Below are positions 26,379-40,428 of a stretch of DNA of 64,000 bases, piece by piece. The first letter of the stretch is position 1. Every line of letters begins with the position of its first letter. Below the pieces are notes generated by a model, which was not told the origin of the DNA, did no database searches, and saw only the letters and a program-made list of their open reading frames with translations. This stretch comes from Adineta vaga (taxonomy: Eukaryota > Animalia > Rotifera). The stretch spans positions 7,440,001 through 7,504,000 of the forward strand of contig CP075497.1 of the NCBI GenBank assembly GCA_021613535.1. Reading direction: 5' to 3'. The position numbers and the translations under genes were made by a program.

Positions 26379-29336
26379 CTATGATTGTCTTTTCCTTGTT
26401 TTCTGATTCAATTTCCAACCACGAGGTGTTTCATCATCACCGAGACTTTCTTCATCTGAATCACCTTCACGTTTGTTACCTAATATGAGATCACGTAGTT
26501 TTTGGCTGCTGGAAGAATCTGAATTGTATTCATAGTCATCAACATTATTTGGATCGTCCGTTGTTGTTGTTGTCGTTAACGTTGTTGTTGGAGCAAAAGA
26601 AGAAGTTCGTTGCTGTTTTGCTGGTCGAGATGGAGCATCATTTGATTCATCATCATCGTCGTCATCATCATCATCTTCACCACAGAAATCATTCACTTCT
26701 TTTTCCATATCAGATAATTCATCAACACTCATACTAAAATGATATGGTTTGGTTGTTACTTGTTCTTCTTCATCAATTATATCACTGGGTAAATCAGAAG
26801 TGGATGGAAGTTCAGGAGCACGAGGACGTTTTAAAGACGATCGAAATGATGGTTTATTCGTAGTGGAACTTGATACTTGATCATCGTTCGATAAATTTTC
26901 AGTCTAAAAAAAAGTTTTCATTGAATACATAGAACATAAACGATTCGGCAAAAATCGACAATCACAATACCTCTTGTCTAGTTGATGCTGGTCGATCATT
27001 TACTACATTAAAATCATTGTATCCTATAAAAGAAAAGTCGTTCTTACTTTTAGATTTTGTTATTTTCAATCATTTATTTACCTATTCTTGGCGTTTCTCT
27101 TGTAAATAATCTTGATTTTTTCACATCATAATTTGAATGTAAAACGTAATTCTCTTCAGTTTTTCTTTCCCATTGTTCATAACAATCAATTAACCATTCA
27201 GGTGTAACAACATGAATATTATATTTAATTGCGCGTTCAACTTTAGTTGTTCGTTTCCCTGCAATAACATGTGTTGTTAAACAATTTCCATTATCATTGA
27301 TTTGTAAATCTTGTGTCACTGTTGCACCTAATGCACGTCCGAGAATTGTAGCACGATGTTTTTCTAATGGATAACCTTGTGGCATGAGATGAGAAAAACA
27401 GACAGAAACATCTTTAAGTACTTGTCGACGTATATCAGGTAGAATTTGTTTTAAATCAGGCATATCCCGTGTTTTATCATGTGTCCATTGATCATATGAA
27501 GTGTAAAAAGTCGTATGTATACGTTTGAGTATAACTTCTAACCGATGTAAATAATTATCACTATCAACAACGAAATTCGAATCATTGGTCGCTGGAGATG
27601 TTGTAGAATTTATCTGCCTAAATTTATAACAAAAAATTGCATTTTATTTTACTCTTCAATCTACTGTATTTCTTTAAATGAAGAAGAACTTACTCATTAT
27701 TATCATTTTGTTCTTTTAACTTTTTAGTTGATTCATCATTTTCCACCTTTCTATTTAGTTCATTATTATCATCATCATCCTCACCATCATCATTATCAAA
27801 TTTTCGTTTTTCACCTCTTTGCATTTCATTCTGTAAACCTTCTTCAGTCGTTCGTTCAATCAATGCATTACTCGTCATTTCCATACGTTCTTCGACAATT
27901 TGTTTACTATGTTCTAATTGTTCCTCAAATTCTTTTTCACTAATCGGTGGAATATATTGTTCATTTGGAATTGGTGGAGATGGAAGATGAACATCATTGA
28001 TATCACCAACATCTTTAAACCAAACATATGGTTTCACATGAACAAGATTTCGTGCATAATTCCAAACATCTTCACGATCATCAATAATACAAACCATAGA
28101 ATCACCGCAAGGAAATAATGCACTAAGAGACTCATGAAAATGAGTTTAACTGATAGATAATCTTGAAATAGATACCTTAAATTTGCTGTTTTTCGTGTTG
28201 GATCAAAACATTCATTTCGAGAAAGAATTCTATGATAGAAAAATCGTTTATCTGGATCGATTAAATTAGCCATTGTATGTGCATAAATACGTTCACCGAA
28301 AGTAACAATATGAAATTGATAATATGGCAGAAGATTTGTCAGAAATTCTTTTACACCAGGACGTAATTTTGTAAAAAATCTTTGTGATGATTGAGTACTT
28401 AATTGATATGCAACGATATCCTAAGAGATAAATTCAAAGAAACAAAGAATATAGAAATAGAAATTTACAGGTGAAAATGGAAAATAATTGCTGGAATTTG
28501 TTGTATGAAGAAGTGTTTGATCCAAATCAACAAGTAATTCAAGTTTACGTTCACGAAGAAGACGATCACGTTCTTCAATGCTATACTTTTCGGCCATCTA
28601 AATAAACATTTGATCGTACATTTCTTCATTATTTTAAATACAAAATCAACCTCTGGTGTTATTCGTAATTCAGGAACAGTATGTTCCATTGAAACTGTAG
28701 TTGCTGCTCTCATCATAGTTGATGTTACTGATGGTACATCGATTAATGGATCTGAGACAGAATTTCGTGATGCTATCATTTCCATCTTATCTTTTAACCT
28801 TGAAGAAAAAAAAAATTCCATAATTATTCCTATGAATAACTAAATTTTTCTCATTTATTTTACTGATTTAAATCAGCACCACAATCACAGCATAAACTTT
28901 TGAATGTAATCGGATGAAGGCATTCTTCATATTCCAAAATAATCGAACTAAATATATATATATATCAAAGAAAATCTTTTTATATCTTATCATGATGATC
29001 ATAAAAAAATTACCCATAAGTAAGGACATCCCATTCATGAATATATAATTTCGTTACTGTACCTAAGACAGTCGATAAAAAGGGTTCTTTTGTTCCATCT
29101 AGACAACGAAAAAGAAAACAATATTTGAAAATAGTACTACGCATATCTTTCGTAATCAGATATTTCATTATACCCGGATGATCTGTATCAACCATTGTGA
29201 ATATCGTTTCATTCTTTGTTAATCGTTGATTTTCTCGAATGAATACTTTGGTTATTTGAATCGATTTATTGAAATGAAATTTTATTTCTTTTACATTGTT
29301 CTTGTTTCCACCATTGTTACTTCCATTATTGCTCAT
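26379..29336 (-). CDS. CTDP1: RNA polymerase II CTD phosphatase FCP1
   Basis: RKLELLVDLDQTLLHTT (HAD DxDxT motif), RILSRNECFDP, LFPCGDSMVCIIDDREDVW, BRCT domain (HVVTPEWLIDCYEQWE) and an acidic C-terminus. Confidence 0.95.
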
Positions 29337-29929
29337 GGTTTTAGAGAAATAACGAAAACAAAACTGAATAATTAATATCTGGAATAATAAAACTGATGTA
29401 TAGCACCATGAAATCTTTGTTTTTTTTATTAATTATTATTAAAGCATATGCATATCAAGCAAAGAATAGAAAAAGAACAAGAAAACAAAAAAGAAAACAT
29501 GAAGGCAAAAGAAATGAACTGAATGATAAGGCAACAATGGTTTTCTTCTTCTTAAGATTAACAAAGTCAAATCTGCAATCAGAACGAATACATCATTCAT
29601 TGAAAAAAAAAACACACGCTCACACAAATAGTATAATGTTGTTGTTCATTAAAAGATATCGAAAATTTTTTGATTACGTTTTCTCTTTTATGTCTGATTG
29701 CGTATGTGCTCGATTAAGGAAGACAATAGTTTATAAAAAAAACAACCAAAAATGATTAAATAGTAAAAAAAAAGTAGAAAGCAGGGTGACTAGAGAACAA
29801 AAGAGAGAGAGAGAGAGAGACAAAAGGTGGGATTTATCTGCTGGATGTGTCGACTACGTTTAAAAAAAATAAAGAACTAATTTGATTCTCTGATAGTAAT
29901 AGTAAAAAAAGAGCAGGAAAGAAGAAAAG

Positions 29930-32900
29930 CTAGACGAAAATGTTGTTTACATGAGTTTTTTTTGGTGCTTGTTTTTGTTGCTGTGGTTGTCGTTGTTGCT
30001 GTTGTTGTTGACCAAGAGAAAACGCATTTTGTTTTTCAAGTTCACGAGGTGGGTTCTTATGTTTTGACCAAGCATGAAAGCATTTGCGAAATTCAATTGG
30101 TTCGGAATTTTTCACAGTTAAACGTAATTTTCGTGGACGATCAGGTTCACGTGTGCGTAAATGTTGAATATAAAGCTAAATGTTATTTTCAATTTTGATT
30201 CGATCTATTCAATGAACTAATCTACGACTTACCTCTGCGCTTTTAGCTGCAAATTTGACTTCAATAATACTAGCAGTTGGTCCTTTCCAAAGAAAAACAT
30301 ATGTTCCAGTATCAAGTAACATACAATCATCATCAAGTAAATCATCCTAAACAAAAGTCAAAAACTATATTCTTTCAAAGATGTCATTCTCATGAATTTA
30401 CTTGACAAAAATCTGCGTATTTTTCTGTTACAACAAAAAATCCATTTTCATTCGAACATTTAAATAATCGCATGTAACGCATATAATCTGCGGCCTAAAA
30501 TTATTCAAACAAATCCAATGAAATAAATCACAAAATCTATCCACTTACTGTATCATATGGTAAACTATCACCTAGACCAACCCAGAAGAAGTTTTCTGGT
30601 TCATTACCTTCATTAATCACTTGAATTGTATATGAATCCTATGAAATACCAAAGAGAATATTTGAGAGATCAATTGAAGTCGTTCATCTTACATTATACA
30701 TTTCATTAGCAATTTCTTGCGCTAAAAGAGCATCATCAGGATGAACAGAATTACCTATCCATACGTAAACAATTCCAATAATATCTCCTGAATCGAGTGG
30801 AACCGTAACGATATAACTAAAGAAAAATTTCAAGATATTGTCATTGAAATCTAAACAGATTGATTGTTCAAATTACCAAAATTCTGAGCAAAGATTAGCA
30901 GATGTTGCATCAATTTGAATACAACGTGTCATAATCGTTGAATAGCACCAACGTATATGATACATTTGTGTTTGAGTTAAACGTTCTATAGGCATTTGTA
31001 TTCGTTGTGCAGTTGTACGACGTTTTCCATTATGTATAATAAATTTGCGATTGAAATGTGCCATAAATCTTTGATTTTCTTGTTGTTGAATTAATTGAAC
31101 AATTTCAAAATCTCCAAGAACATCAATTAATTCTTGTTTAAAACTAAAATAGATTTTTTCCTCATAAAATTTACAAATCTAAATCAACAATAAACATACG
31201 TGAAATTAAATGATAACCAAGCTGTATTGTTTGCACTTCTTCCTTGCCAAAAATAGACAATACGTTCTGTGTCGGAATCTTTGATTTCATCTTCAAGTTC
31301 ACTAATATCCATATTTTCATCTTCACTTGGTAATAAATAACGAGCAACAAATAAATAAGAATCATGCGAATAGAATTGTCCTGAAAAGAATCAAAAGACA
31401 ATAATAATAATAATAATAGAAGATTGTTTTTGTGATTGAAAATTAACAGTTACCTCGTTCATCATCCGGTAATTTAACGAATTTTTTATTTTCATATACA
31501 AACATAGAAAATGGTTGAAGTAAAAATATATTCCAATCTTCGAGAGCTTCTTGAGCTGCTGGACGAGATTGCCAAGGTGGACGACTTTTGAATAAAGCTG
31601 TAAGATTTGTTTTAATTTCATTTTCTTGAAGAATTTTCTAGAAATTAAATAGAAAAAAGCAACAACAGTGTATATTCATTCAATTGATTTGTAAAGAATG
31701 TAAGAAGAATATTTTTTCATAGTATACAAACCTTCATATCAGCACCTTTTCTTGATACATTTTCAGCTGTACGAGTAAAATCCACTGCTAACACATCATC
31801 CCATGCATCAAATTTAGACTTAAACACTTGTGTTTCCACTCTAAACGAAATAGAAAGATAGAAATTCGTATCTGTAGAACATAGACTTCACATACCCTTC
31901 CAATGTTTTTGTGATTGCTGCATGTTCTGGTCGTCTAATCATTGCTAACAATTCAACTGCTAAACGTGTTGCTGCCATTCGAACTAATCGCGCTGATTTT
32001 TTACCAATCCTAGATATTCAAATGAATTAAATATATTTTTTACTTAACAAAAAAATATGATTTACATACCAAACAAATAATTCAGTATAACAATCAAGAA
32101 TATAGATATTTCGTGTATGCAATAATTCTTTTTTCAAAGCACCACCTGGTTCAAGTTCAACTAAAGGAAAATGAATTTAGATAGGCATTCAGAATGGATC
32201 AAACAAACCTTGAGGTAATTCAATAAATTCTTGGCCAAGATCCACTTTATAAAGAATAGATCTTGGTGGTACAAAGTCATCTGGTACATGATTAGCGAGC
32301 TGAAAATTGGCTGGTTTACCACCTAATTCCTTCCAAAAGGCATCTGTTTCATCTCCTTGATTGATTTGTATTAATTCACTTAGACTTTTTCGTTCGCTTT
32401 TATTCACTTTTTCAACAAATAATCTAAAAATAATCATCAAGATTGCCTATACAAAACATAATCGAATCAATTCACATACCGTGTTTTTGCTTTTGTCATA
32501 CTATGACATTTCTTTCCAATCCATATGTAAAGTTTAGGTCCAACATCAAGAAAAAATACATAACGAGGATCTAATGATGTTGCACTTGCTGCTACAAGTT
32601 CAACATGCAACTTCTGAGTACCACTTGCACGATAGAAACGTACTGGATGTTCCTTTTTAAAGAAAAATCTCTTCCATTTTCTCTGACAAATAATCAATTA
32701 AAAAAATACTTACAACATCTCGTACAACCCAAAATCCTGTTTCTGTTCTCGCACCATCAATTACTCGTAGATGATTATTAAATAAAGCTAAGAATTCTTC
32801 TGATTCATCTGTTTGTTCTTCACGTTGTGTACGACAAGATGCACCAAGCATATTACGTAAGTTAACAGCATGCATGGCTGCACATGCTTGTTTATCCAAC

Positions 32901-35422
32901 TAAATACAAACAAATCATCTTTGTAAAAAAGAGTTCTTTCTTTTCAAGTTTACCGTTGCATCTTTTCCAATCCAAAAATAGATTTGCCAATCCATATTAC
33001 CTGATAATTCTACCAAACCATATAGAACAATATAACAATCACCTGTATAAAATGTTCCATTTAATTGACGTTCTAATTGTTTTGGAAGAAAATTTTCTAT
33101 CTCCCAACATGTTATACCAGCACATTGACCAACAGCTTCATCAAAAAATTCAGTATAATTTAATTGTGGTCGTTCAATTTGTTCATCCCAACGGCGACCA
33201 GCAATTTCTTCATCATCATTATAATGACCATTATTGCCCATATTTGAATCTAATGCATGTTTTCGTTTTGCTGTCTCACGCATACCACGTAGAACAGTTT
33301 CCGATGAACCACCACTACCTGTAGGATTTCGTTGTTCAGGTTTATTTAGACGACGAATACGTGCTGCACGTTTTTGTTGCATATCTGTCGAAGCAGGTGC
33401 TTGCTCAGGAGCAACTTGTCCAGCTAATTTCAATTGATTTGCAAGAGAAAAATCAATATTATAAAATGCTGGACCAGAACCTTTTTGACATTCTTTAGGT
33501 TTAGGTGGCATAACAAACTCCGGATTATCACTGACATCGAGTTCCTAGAAAAGAACATGAAAAATATTCTCACAATAATCTTGATTAATCTATTTGACAT
33601 CCAAACTGATGATTCCTTTCTTTTGGTATATAGATCTTTAACCTTGGTTACAGAAGAGCGTGAAAGGTTAGGAAAGAAAATGTTTGTTTTTTCTCGATAT
33701 GGATCTAATTTGTAACTATTTAGTAATGTCAAAAATCACTTAATCAATCAAGTCTTTGTTTACCTTCATGCGTCTAGACTGTGCGTAACGACGAGGGTTA
33801 CATGAAAATCGAGATTTTCGTCAGAAAAAACATTTCATAGTTCGCGAAGGTTTTCTCTTCTCAAACATTTCTATTGTTTTAGACTAATCTAATGATATGA
33901 GATGTTTCACTATCGATGACATTGACAAAACTTCCTAAAACTTACTTTTAATTGTAGAAAATGGATAGCTTCTGGTAATGTCAATAATCGATTTTTATTC
34001 AAATTCAATACTTTCAAACTTCCTAATCGACAAAGTGCATCAGGAATTGTTTCTAAATTATTATCCGCAGCACTGAAAACTTCCAATTGTTCCAGATTAA
34101 ATATTCCTCGTGGTAATCCATGTAAATTAATTTGATTACTATTTAAATAAAGACGTCGTAATTTTGTACAGCGCATTAATTGTTGTGGAAGACTCTTTAA
34201 TTTATTACGACAGATTTGTAAAATTTCAAGTTGTGGCCATCCATCTAATGAAAAAGAAAGAGAAAAGAAAATTAAGAAGGAGATTTCCTTTTTCTCTTTT
34301 CGAACCTGATTGACCAGTTAAATCAGTAATTTGATTATCATTTAAATTTAATCGTTTTAATGCTTTTAATTTATATACAACATCCGGAACAGCCGGAAGA
34401 TCATTTGCTGATAGATCAAGATCTAAAGAAAACATGATGATAAGATTTGAATTGATTTAGATCGATTTATACCAGAAAGATTGGGTAACTGTTCAAGTAT
34501 AGCTGGAACATTGTTTAATGTTCGTTTTGTATTACTCAAATGAAGAGTTTCAAGTGAATGCATCGATGATAATTGTCTACGATAAAAAGGCAGTAAAATA
34601 TTTTTCGTCAATGATATTCATAGAATATTACCTTAATTGTGCGTGCACAAGTGGATTATTGTTCAGTATCAATACTTGTAATGATGTTAATCGACGCATT
34701 TGTGCTGGTAATGTGTCTGAATAGAAAATTTATCGAGAAAAAAGTTTTGTTAATAAGATTATATTTACCAATTTTATTATCACTTAAATTGAGATGAACT
34801 AATTCGAAAAGTGAAACAAATACATGATTCGGAATTTGTTCAATACTAAAATAGAACCAAATTTATTCAATGAAAACATTCCATCGTTAAACATACTGAT
34901 TTGATGAAAGATTAAGAACAATAAGACCTTTTGCATTCTCAATATCTTTGGGAAATGCATGAAGATTATTTCGACTTAAATCAAGTATTGATAAATCGGG
35001 TATATCAAATAATCGTGCAGATATTTGAGCATTTGATACATGATTATTTCGTAATGTTAATGAACGTAATGATGTTAAATCATTTAAACATAGAGGTACT
35101 TCAGGTAGATCATTATGTGCTAAACTTAATTTTTCCTGTCGAAAAAAAAGCAATATTTTAATTATTGAATAAGAATATCTAATACAACATACGAGAGATT
35201 GAAGATGACCAACAAATTCTGGTAAACGATGAACTTTTGTTCGATTTAATTCTAACCAACGTAAATTACACATTTCTTGTATTGGAATTGGAAATTGTTG
35301 TGGATCCTAAATTAGACAAGATATTTCTAATAGTAAACTTCAAGAATATTTATCTTTACTCCGAATTCATTTTTTGATAAATCCAATCCATAAATATAAG
35401 GTAATAGAACCGAAGGAGCCAT
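29930..35422 (-). CDS. FLII: Protein flightless-1 (LRR plus gelsolin repeats)
   Basis: Starts [23 protein letters not shown] array ending [11 protein letters not shown], then [67 protein letters not shown] and FRKCFHAWS. Confidence 0.96.
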
Positions 35423-35626
35423 TTTGTAATAAAAGAAATTAATAAAAAAGAAATATGTATATATATTGTCCTTCCATGAAATGATTCATTCAATAGGTTA
35501 TGATTTGTTTTCGAATAGATTGCCGCTAGATGTCAATAGATATATCTTCCAATAAGAAAACAGAACAAATGTTTATTTGTTCTATGATAACGAATATGCT
35601 CAGTTGATGATTTCGTTTGAAAAAGA
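35423..35626. promoter_or_regulatory. Putative bidirectional promoter between FLII and par-6
   Basis: Only 204 bp separate the divergent start codons (35422 on -, 35627 on +). Confidence 0.5.
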
Positions 35627-36643
35627 ATGATGTTATCTCTACTTGAAATCAAAAGCAAAGTAAGTTCATTTGACATTTTGAAATTTTTTCAATTATATTC
35701 AATTTAGTTTGGTGCGGAATTTCGTCGATTTGAATTAGATCGAAAAAATCCGATGAAATTTGATGATTTTTATAAATTGATTGAAGATTTACATGGTTTA
35801 CAAAGTATACCATTTTATGTCACTTATTTGGATAAAGATGGGGAATTACTTTCCATTAATAATGATACTATAATTGAACACATTTTACGAGTTTACTCAG
35901 GTTTATTAAGAATATTTGTACAACGAAAAGGTATGGCATTCTTTCTTTGTTTGTTCATTTTTATTTGAGAGACGGAAAACGTTTGTTTATTTATAGGTGA
36001 ATCGTATCAATATGCAACAGATTCATTAAGAAAACGAAAAAAGATATCTGATCAAATCTCTTCATTCATTCATCCATCGTCAGATAAAAATACACATTCT
36101 CCTCAACGTAACATCGAAATTCAACCAGATTTTCGTCTTGTTTCATCGATAATTGATGTGGAAAAATTACCTGTTACATATCGTCGTGTAAAATTACATC
36201 GCTATAAAGAGAGTAAACCACTTGGATTTTATATCCGTGATGGTGTAGCAATAAAATATGGTCCTAATGGTGTTGAAAATGTTCCCGGTGTCTTCATATC
36301 ACGTTTATTAGCGGGCGGTTTAGCTGAATCAACTGGTTTGTTATCCGTTGGAGATGAAATTATTGAAGTCAATGGAATTGAAGTTAGCGGAAAAACATTA
36401 GATCAAGTTACTGATATGATGGTTGCGAATAGTCATAATTTAATAATAACTGTTCGACCACAAAATGATACGTTTAATTTAAAACGTACGATGTCAACTT
36501 CATCAACAATAAATCGAAATAATACAAGTAATATTACAAACCAAAGTGTAGGTTTAAGTGACGATGAGGAAGAATTATATCGTTTACATGATACACATAT
36601 TGATACTCATGTACCTAAAACACCATCCGTGTTAAAATTGTGA
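35627..36643 (+). CDS. par-6: Partitioning defective 6 homolog (PB1 + PDZ)
   Basis: Exons 35627-35659, 35708-35930, 35997-36643. PB1: [13 protein letters not shown]...[13 protein letters not shown]: [10 protein letters not shown]...[19 protein letters not shown]...[24 protein letters not shown]. Confidence 0.95.
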
Positions 36644-37882
36644 ATACCTTTGTTTATAGTCTTCATGGTTACATGTTCTCTTCTGATTCTCTATACCTTA
36701 TTCCAATCAATTTTTTCTTCTTTTTCTCTATGTGTATATAATATACATATATCTATCTTACTATACATTTATGTGTATGTCTTTTTAAAAGTGTTTCTCA
36801 TCAAAAATGCAATAGAACCAAATTGTTTGTTTTGTTTATGTATGTTATAAGAATAGTCGATTATCAAATCATACTTTCTGTTTTTTTTCCTTGTTTGGTT
36901 GCTTTATTTCAATCTGATAAAGTCCTTATCTACATATAATATATCCACTTTTCTTCTTCCTTTTTTTGTTTTTCAAAAACATAAATAAATATTGCTTTAA
37001 GAATGAAATTGATTCTCAATCTATACATAATCCCTATGGTAATATTATACCTATGATCAAATCATCAGATATTTGCATGGAACTTGTGAATGTTCTTGAT
37101 TAAAATCAAATATTCAACTTCTTCCTCATTTTCCGTGGTTCATCATACGTACTCGCTATTTTTATTTCCCAATAGTACACCTAAATTATATGGTGCCTTG
37201 TTTGTATCGGAGAGGATACGAAAGAACGAAAGAATCGAAACCAATTATATATTAAAAGTAAACCGATATTCGATTTCTTATTGATTATGTGACAACATAT
37301 TTATGCCGAAGTAATAGAAGAAACATTATGAAAGGTATATTTCATAACTTATCGAATGGAAATGAACTACACAAACAGACGTTGAGAACCCATTCGTCGC
37401 CATAAAGAGGAAAAATGATGAAATATTCCTTTTATTTGCCCGTTTCAACTTAGTGAGAATATTGCATTAATCTTTTATATGTTCTAATATAATAGTTCAA
37501 CAAGTTGCTGTAAATGTGACAGCATCATTAAAGAAGTCCAAAGCAGGACAGATCATTAATAATCACGATATGTCTATACATTTTTTCCCTATCGTACAGT
37601 TCTTCATTTGCTTTCGAACTTACCTTCTTTTTTCTTTCTTTTCTTTTCATTTCTTTTTTTCAGTCGCCTATAACATCCATAATTATTTAACAGGAAAAAA
37701 AAGAGTTTTATGTATACCTTGGTCGGAAATTATTCTTTCTTTCTTTTTTTATCGACATTTCTTCTATTCGACAAGACATACACGTGCATACAAGGCTCAT
37801 TTAAATGAGACTATAAAGGAAACAACAACGCGATACTACTATAAAATTCAATCGTAGAATATTGTGAAACATTTGTGGCTCA

Positions 37883-39251
37883 ATGTCGACAAGTTCAGCC
37901 ACGACGGATGATGATCGAGTAGTGGCTAAATGTTATGTTGAATTGGGTAATGTGACAAAAGAAAAAGGTGAATATGATGAAAGTCTTCGTTATCATCGTA
38001 AATCAATGGAAATATTTGAACGTATCGATGATCCACTTAGTGTTGCTGATAGTCATCTGAATATTGCAGAAATTTACAAAGCTAAAGGTGAATTGAAACA
38101 AGCAATGAATGAATATGAAATTGGTTTCTCATTATACGAAGATGTTTATGTGGATGATGCAAATAAAAATAGTGATAGTGGAACTGACGTTTCTCTCAAT
38201 TCTTCATCTTTCTGTGATCCACAACATGCCAGGTCTCTTAGTAAATCGGAGGAAATATTACCGCAAGCGGTACTTATAAATACTACAGAAAAGAACACTT
38301 CACCGTCATCGTCTCCTCATCGGTCAATAGATGGTGTACTGAATACATCGACAACGTCATTGAATCGACTTAATTCATCGTCAAAAAATATTGGAATTAT
38401 AGATGATTCTGCTTTGATTCCATCGAAAAAATTATCCGATAGACTACTCAAATCCCTTTCATCTTCTTGCACATCTGATCTACAAAATCTCGACGATCCT
38501 GATATGTTTCTTCCAACAACACTCTCCGATCTTGCCTATGAAACGACACATGAATTAACTCCTGATATAGATGATCTTCTCGAGCGATGTGCACCACTTC
38601 TAACATCTCTGAATTCATCAAACCAAGATGAGCTATCATCAAAAACAGATCTAGTAATATCGGACACGAACGTAGAAGAAATGAATGACAACGTCGTAAG
38701 TCTTTCCATTTATTTTTCAGAAGAGCTTTCGTGCAATCTAAGTTCAGCAATAATATTTTGTAATTTTTTAGCCATCAAAAAATGCTCAAGCAACTATAGA
38801 AACCATTCCACAAAAACAGGTAAGAATTGTTTGTGTAGTTATAATTATAAACTTCCGATATACATCATAGAATGATCTCAATCATCGATTTGAATATTAT
38901 CTTCCAATTAAACAAATTCTTATTGTAGTTCTTGTTATCTTCTTAACCGGTGTCTTCTATTGGTCTTTACAAGCACCTTCTCAGACAAAATCAAAAATGA
39001 CATGGTCATCCGGTGATTCTTCTGTGAATGTCAATTCTCGTAGTCATCATACCCGAGATGATCTGGGTAAACAATTTCGAAAATTCTTAACTTGGCGAAA
39101 AAATCAATTGGCAGCTCTTGATAAACATTCTCGACAACTCGTGGAAGATTTCATATCCTCTGGTTCTAACATTCGATCTAAAATGACAATCGAAAAATTT
39201 CAGAAATTATTGGATATGTTAGACTTGAAAATAGTCTTAGTACCACGATGA
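37883..39251 (+). CDS. Uncharacterised 413-aa protein: N-terminal TPR pair, S/D-rich linker, single TM helix, C-terminal HTH-like domain
   Basis: Phase-0 exons 37883-38695, 38772-38819 and 38871-39251. TPRs AKCYVELGNVTKEKGEYDESLRYHRKSMEI and ADSHLNIAEIYKAKGELKQAMNEYEIG. TM helix ILIVVLVIFLTGVFYWSL. Confidence 0.75.
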
Positions 39252-40030
39252 ACAAACAGATTATGTGCACGAAAATTCAATAATTCAGCTAAGTGTGTAC
39301 GTTTATGATTGTGTGAAGTTTTATATACTAGTATAGATAATTTAAAGTAAATAAGTACTATAACAATGTTTGAATAAAAAGAAGTAATGTGATTTGTTTC
39401 AATTCGATATAAGACGGTATTGATCTTAGTCTTTCGGTTCATGCGGTTCTTCTCTAATGAATGATTAAACATATAATTGCGTATTATTATTCACAAGATA
39501 TATAAATACAATTACTTTTTGATTCTTTAAAATAAAAAAAATTGTATCCAATGCAAAAAATCCTTGGAAAAAGCGTCTGCACTCATCGTTCAAACGAAAT
39601 GGAATTAAAGAGTAGCATGGTTTCAATTTCAAATTCATACAATATTGACATAGTCATCTTACATGACAGAAAATACATATCAAACAACGAGATTAAATCC
39701 CGAAAGAATTTCAATGAAAATAGTAAAGAGATGTCCTATCGTATAGATAAATGTAAAATATGGTGAACTTTGTATAGATGTACAGTAATATGTTCTATCT
39801 CTCGTCAGTCAATCTCAATCATTGTATATAAAATTAAGTCAACTGATGATTTTGCACTCACTGCACTTCGATCACACTATTTTTTTCCTTCGTTCTTTTT
39901 TCTTTTCTATGCGATATTTATTCTCTCGTTGACTTCGACGCGTCAAGTAAGTTATACATCAGTATAAATTTTTTGATAGTTCACGATAAAAAGCATCATT
40001 ATTGATAGAAAAAAGACTTCCGCTGTAAAC

Positions 40031-40362
40031 ATGCCACATAAAAAGCCAGTAAGTGATACTTATCATCCAATTGGTTATGGAGAAAATGAACAACATCTTG
40101 GCAAAGAGAAAAAGCCGGGAAATAAAGAAGTCGATGGACCACAAGCTGGAATTGGTGGTGAAGAAGGAAGTCGAATATGTGGTCAAGCTGGTCCAGAACT
40201 ACTAGGAGGTAAAATATTTATTGAATGAAGAAAAAAAAAGATTGATTATGTTCATTTTTTCTTTTACAAAACAACGAATAAATAGGGTCAGCAAGTACAC
40301 GTATTCTTGGTCAGTCTGTTGATGAACAACTAGCGAAACCATTACCACCAAGTAGTGAATAA
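40031..40362 (+). CDS. 84-aa hydrophilic Gly/Glu/Lys/Pro-rich microprotein
   Basis: Exons 40031-40208 and 40286-40362 join in phase. AAAC-ATG start context, and TATAAA at about 39964. Confidence 0.65.
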
Positions 40363-40428
40363 TGAAAACTGTTTTTCTTTTTGTTTCATTATGATTTTGT
40401 AAAATGATTATTCTAATTTATGGGTTAA

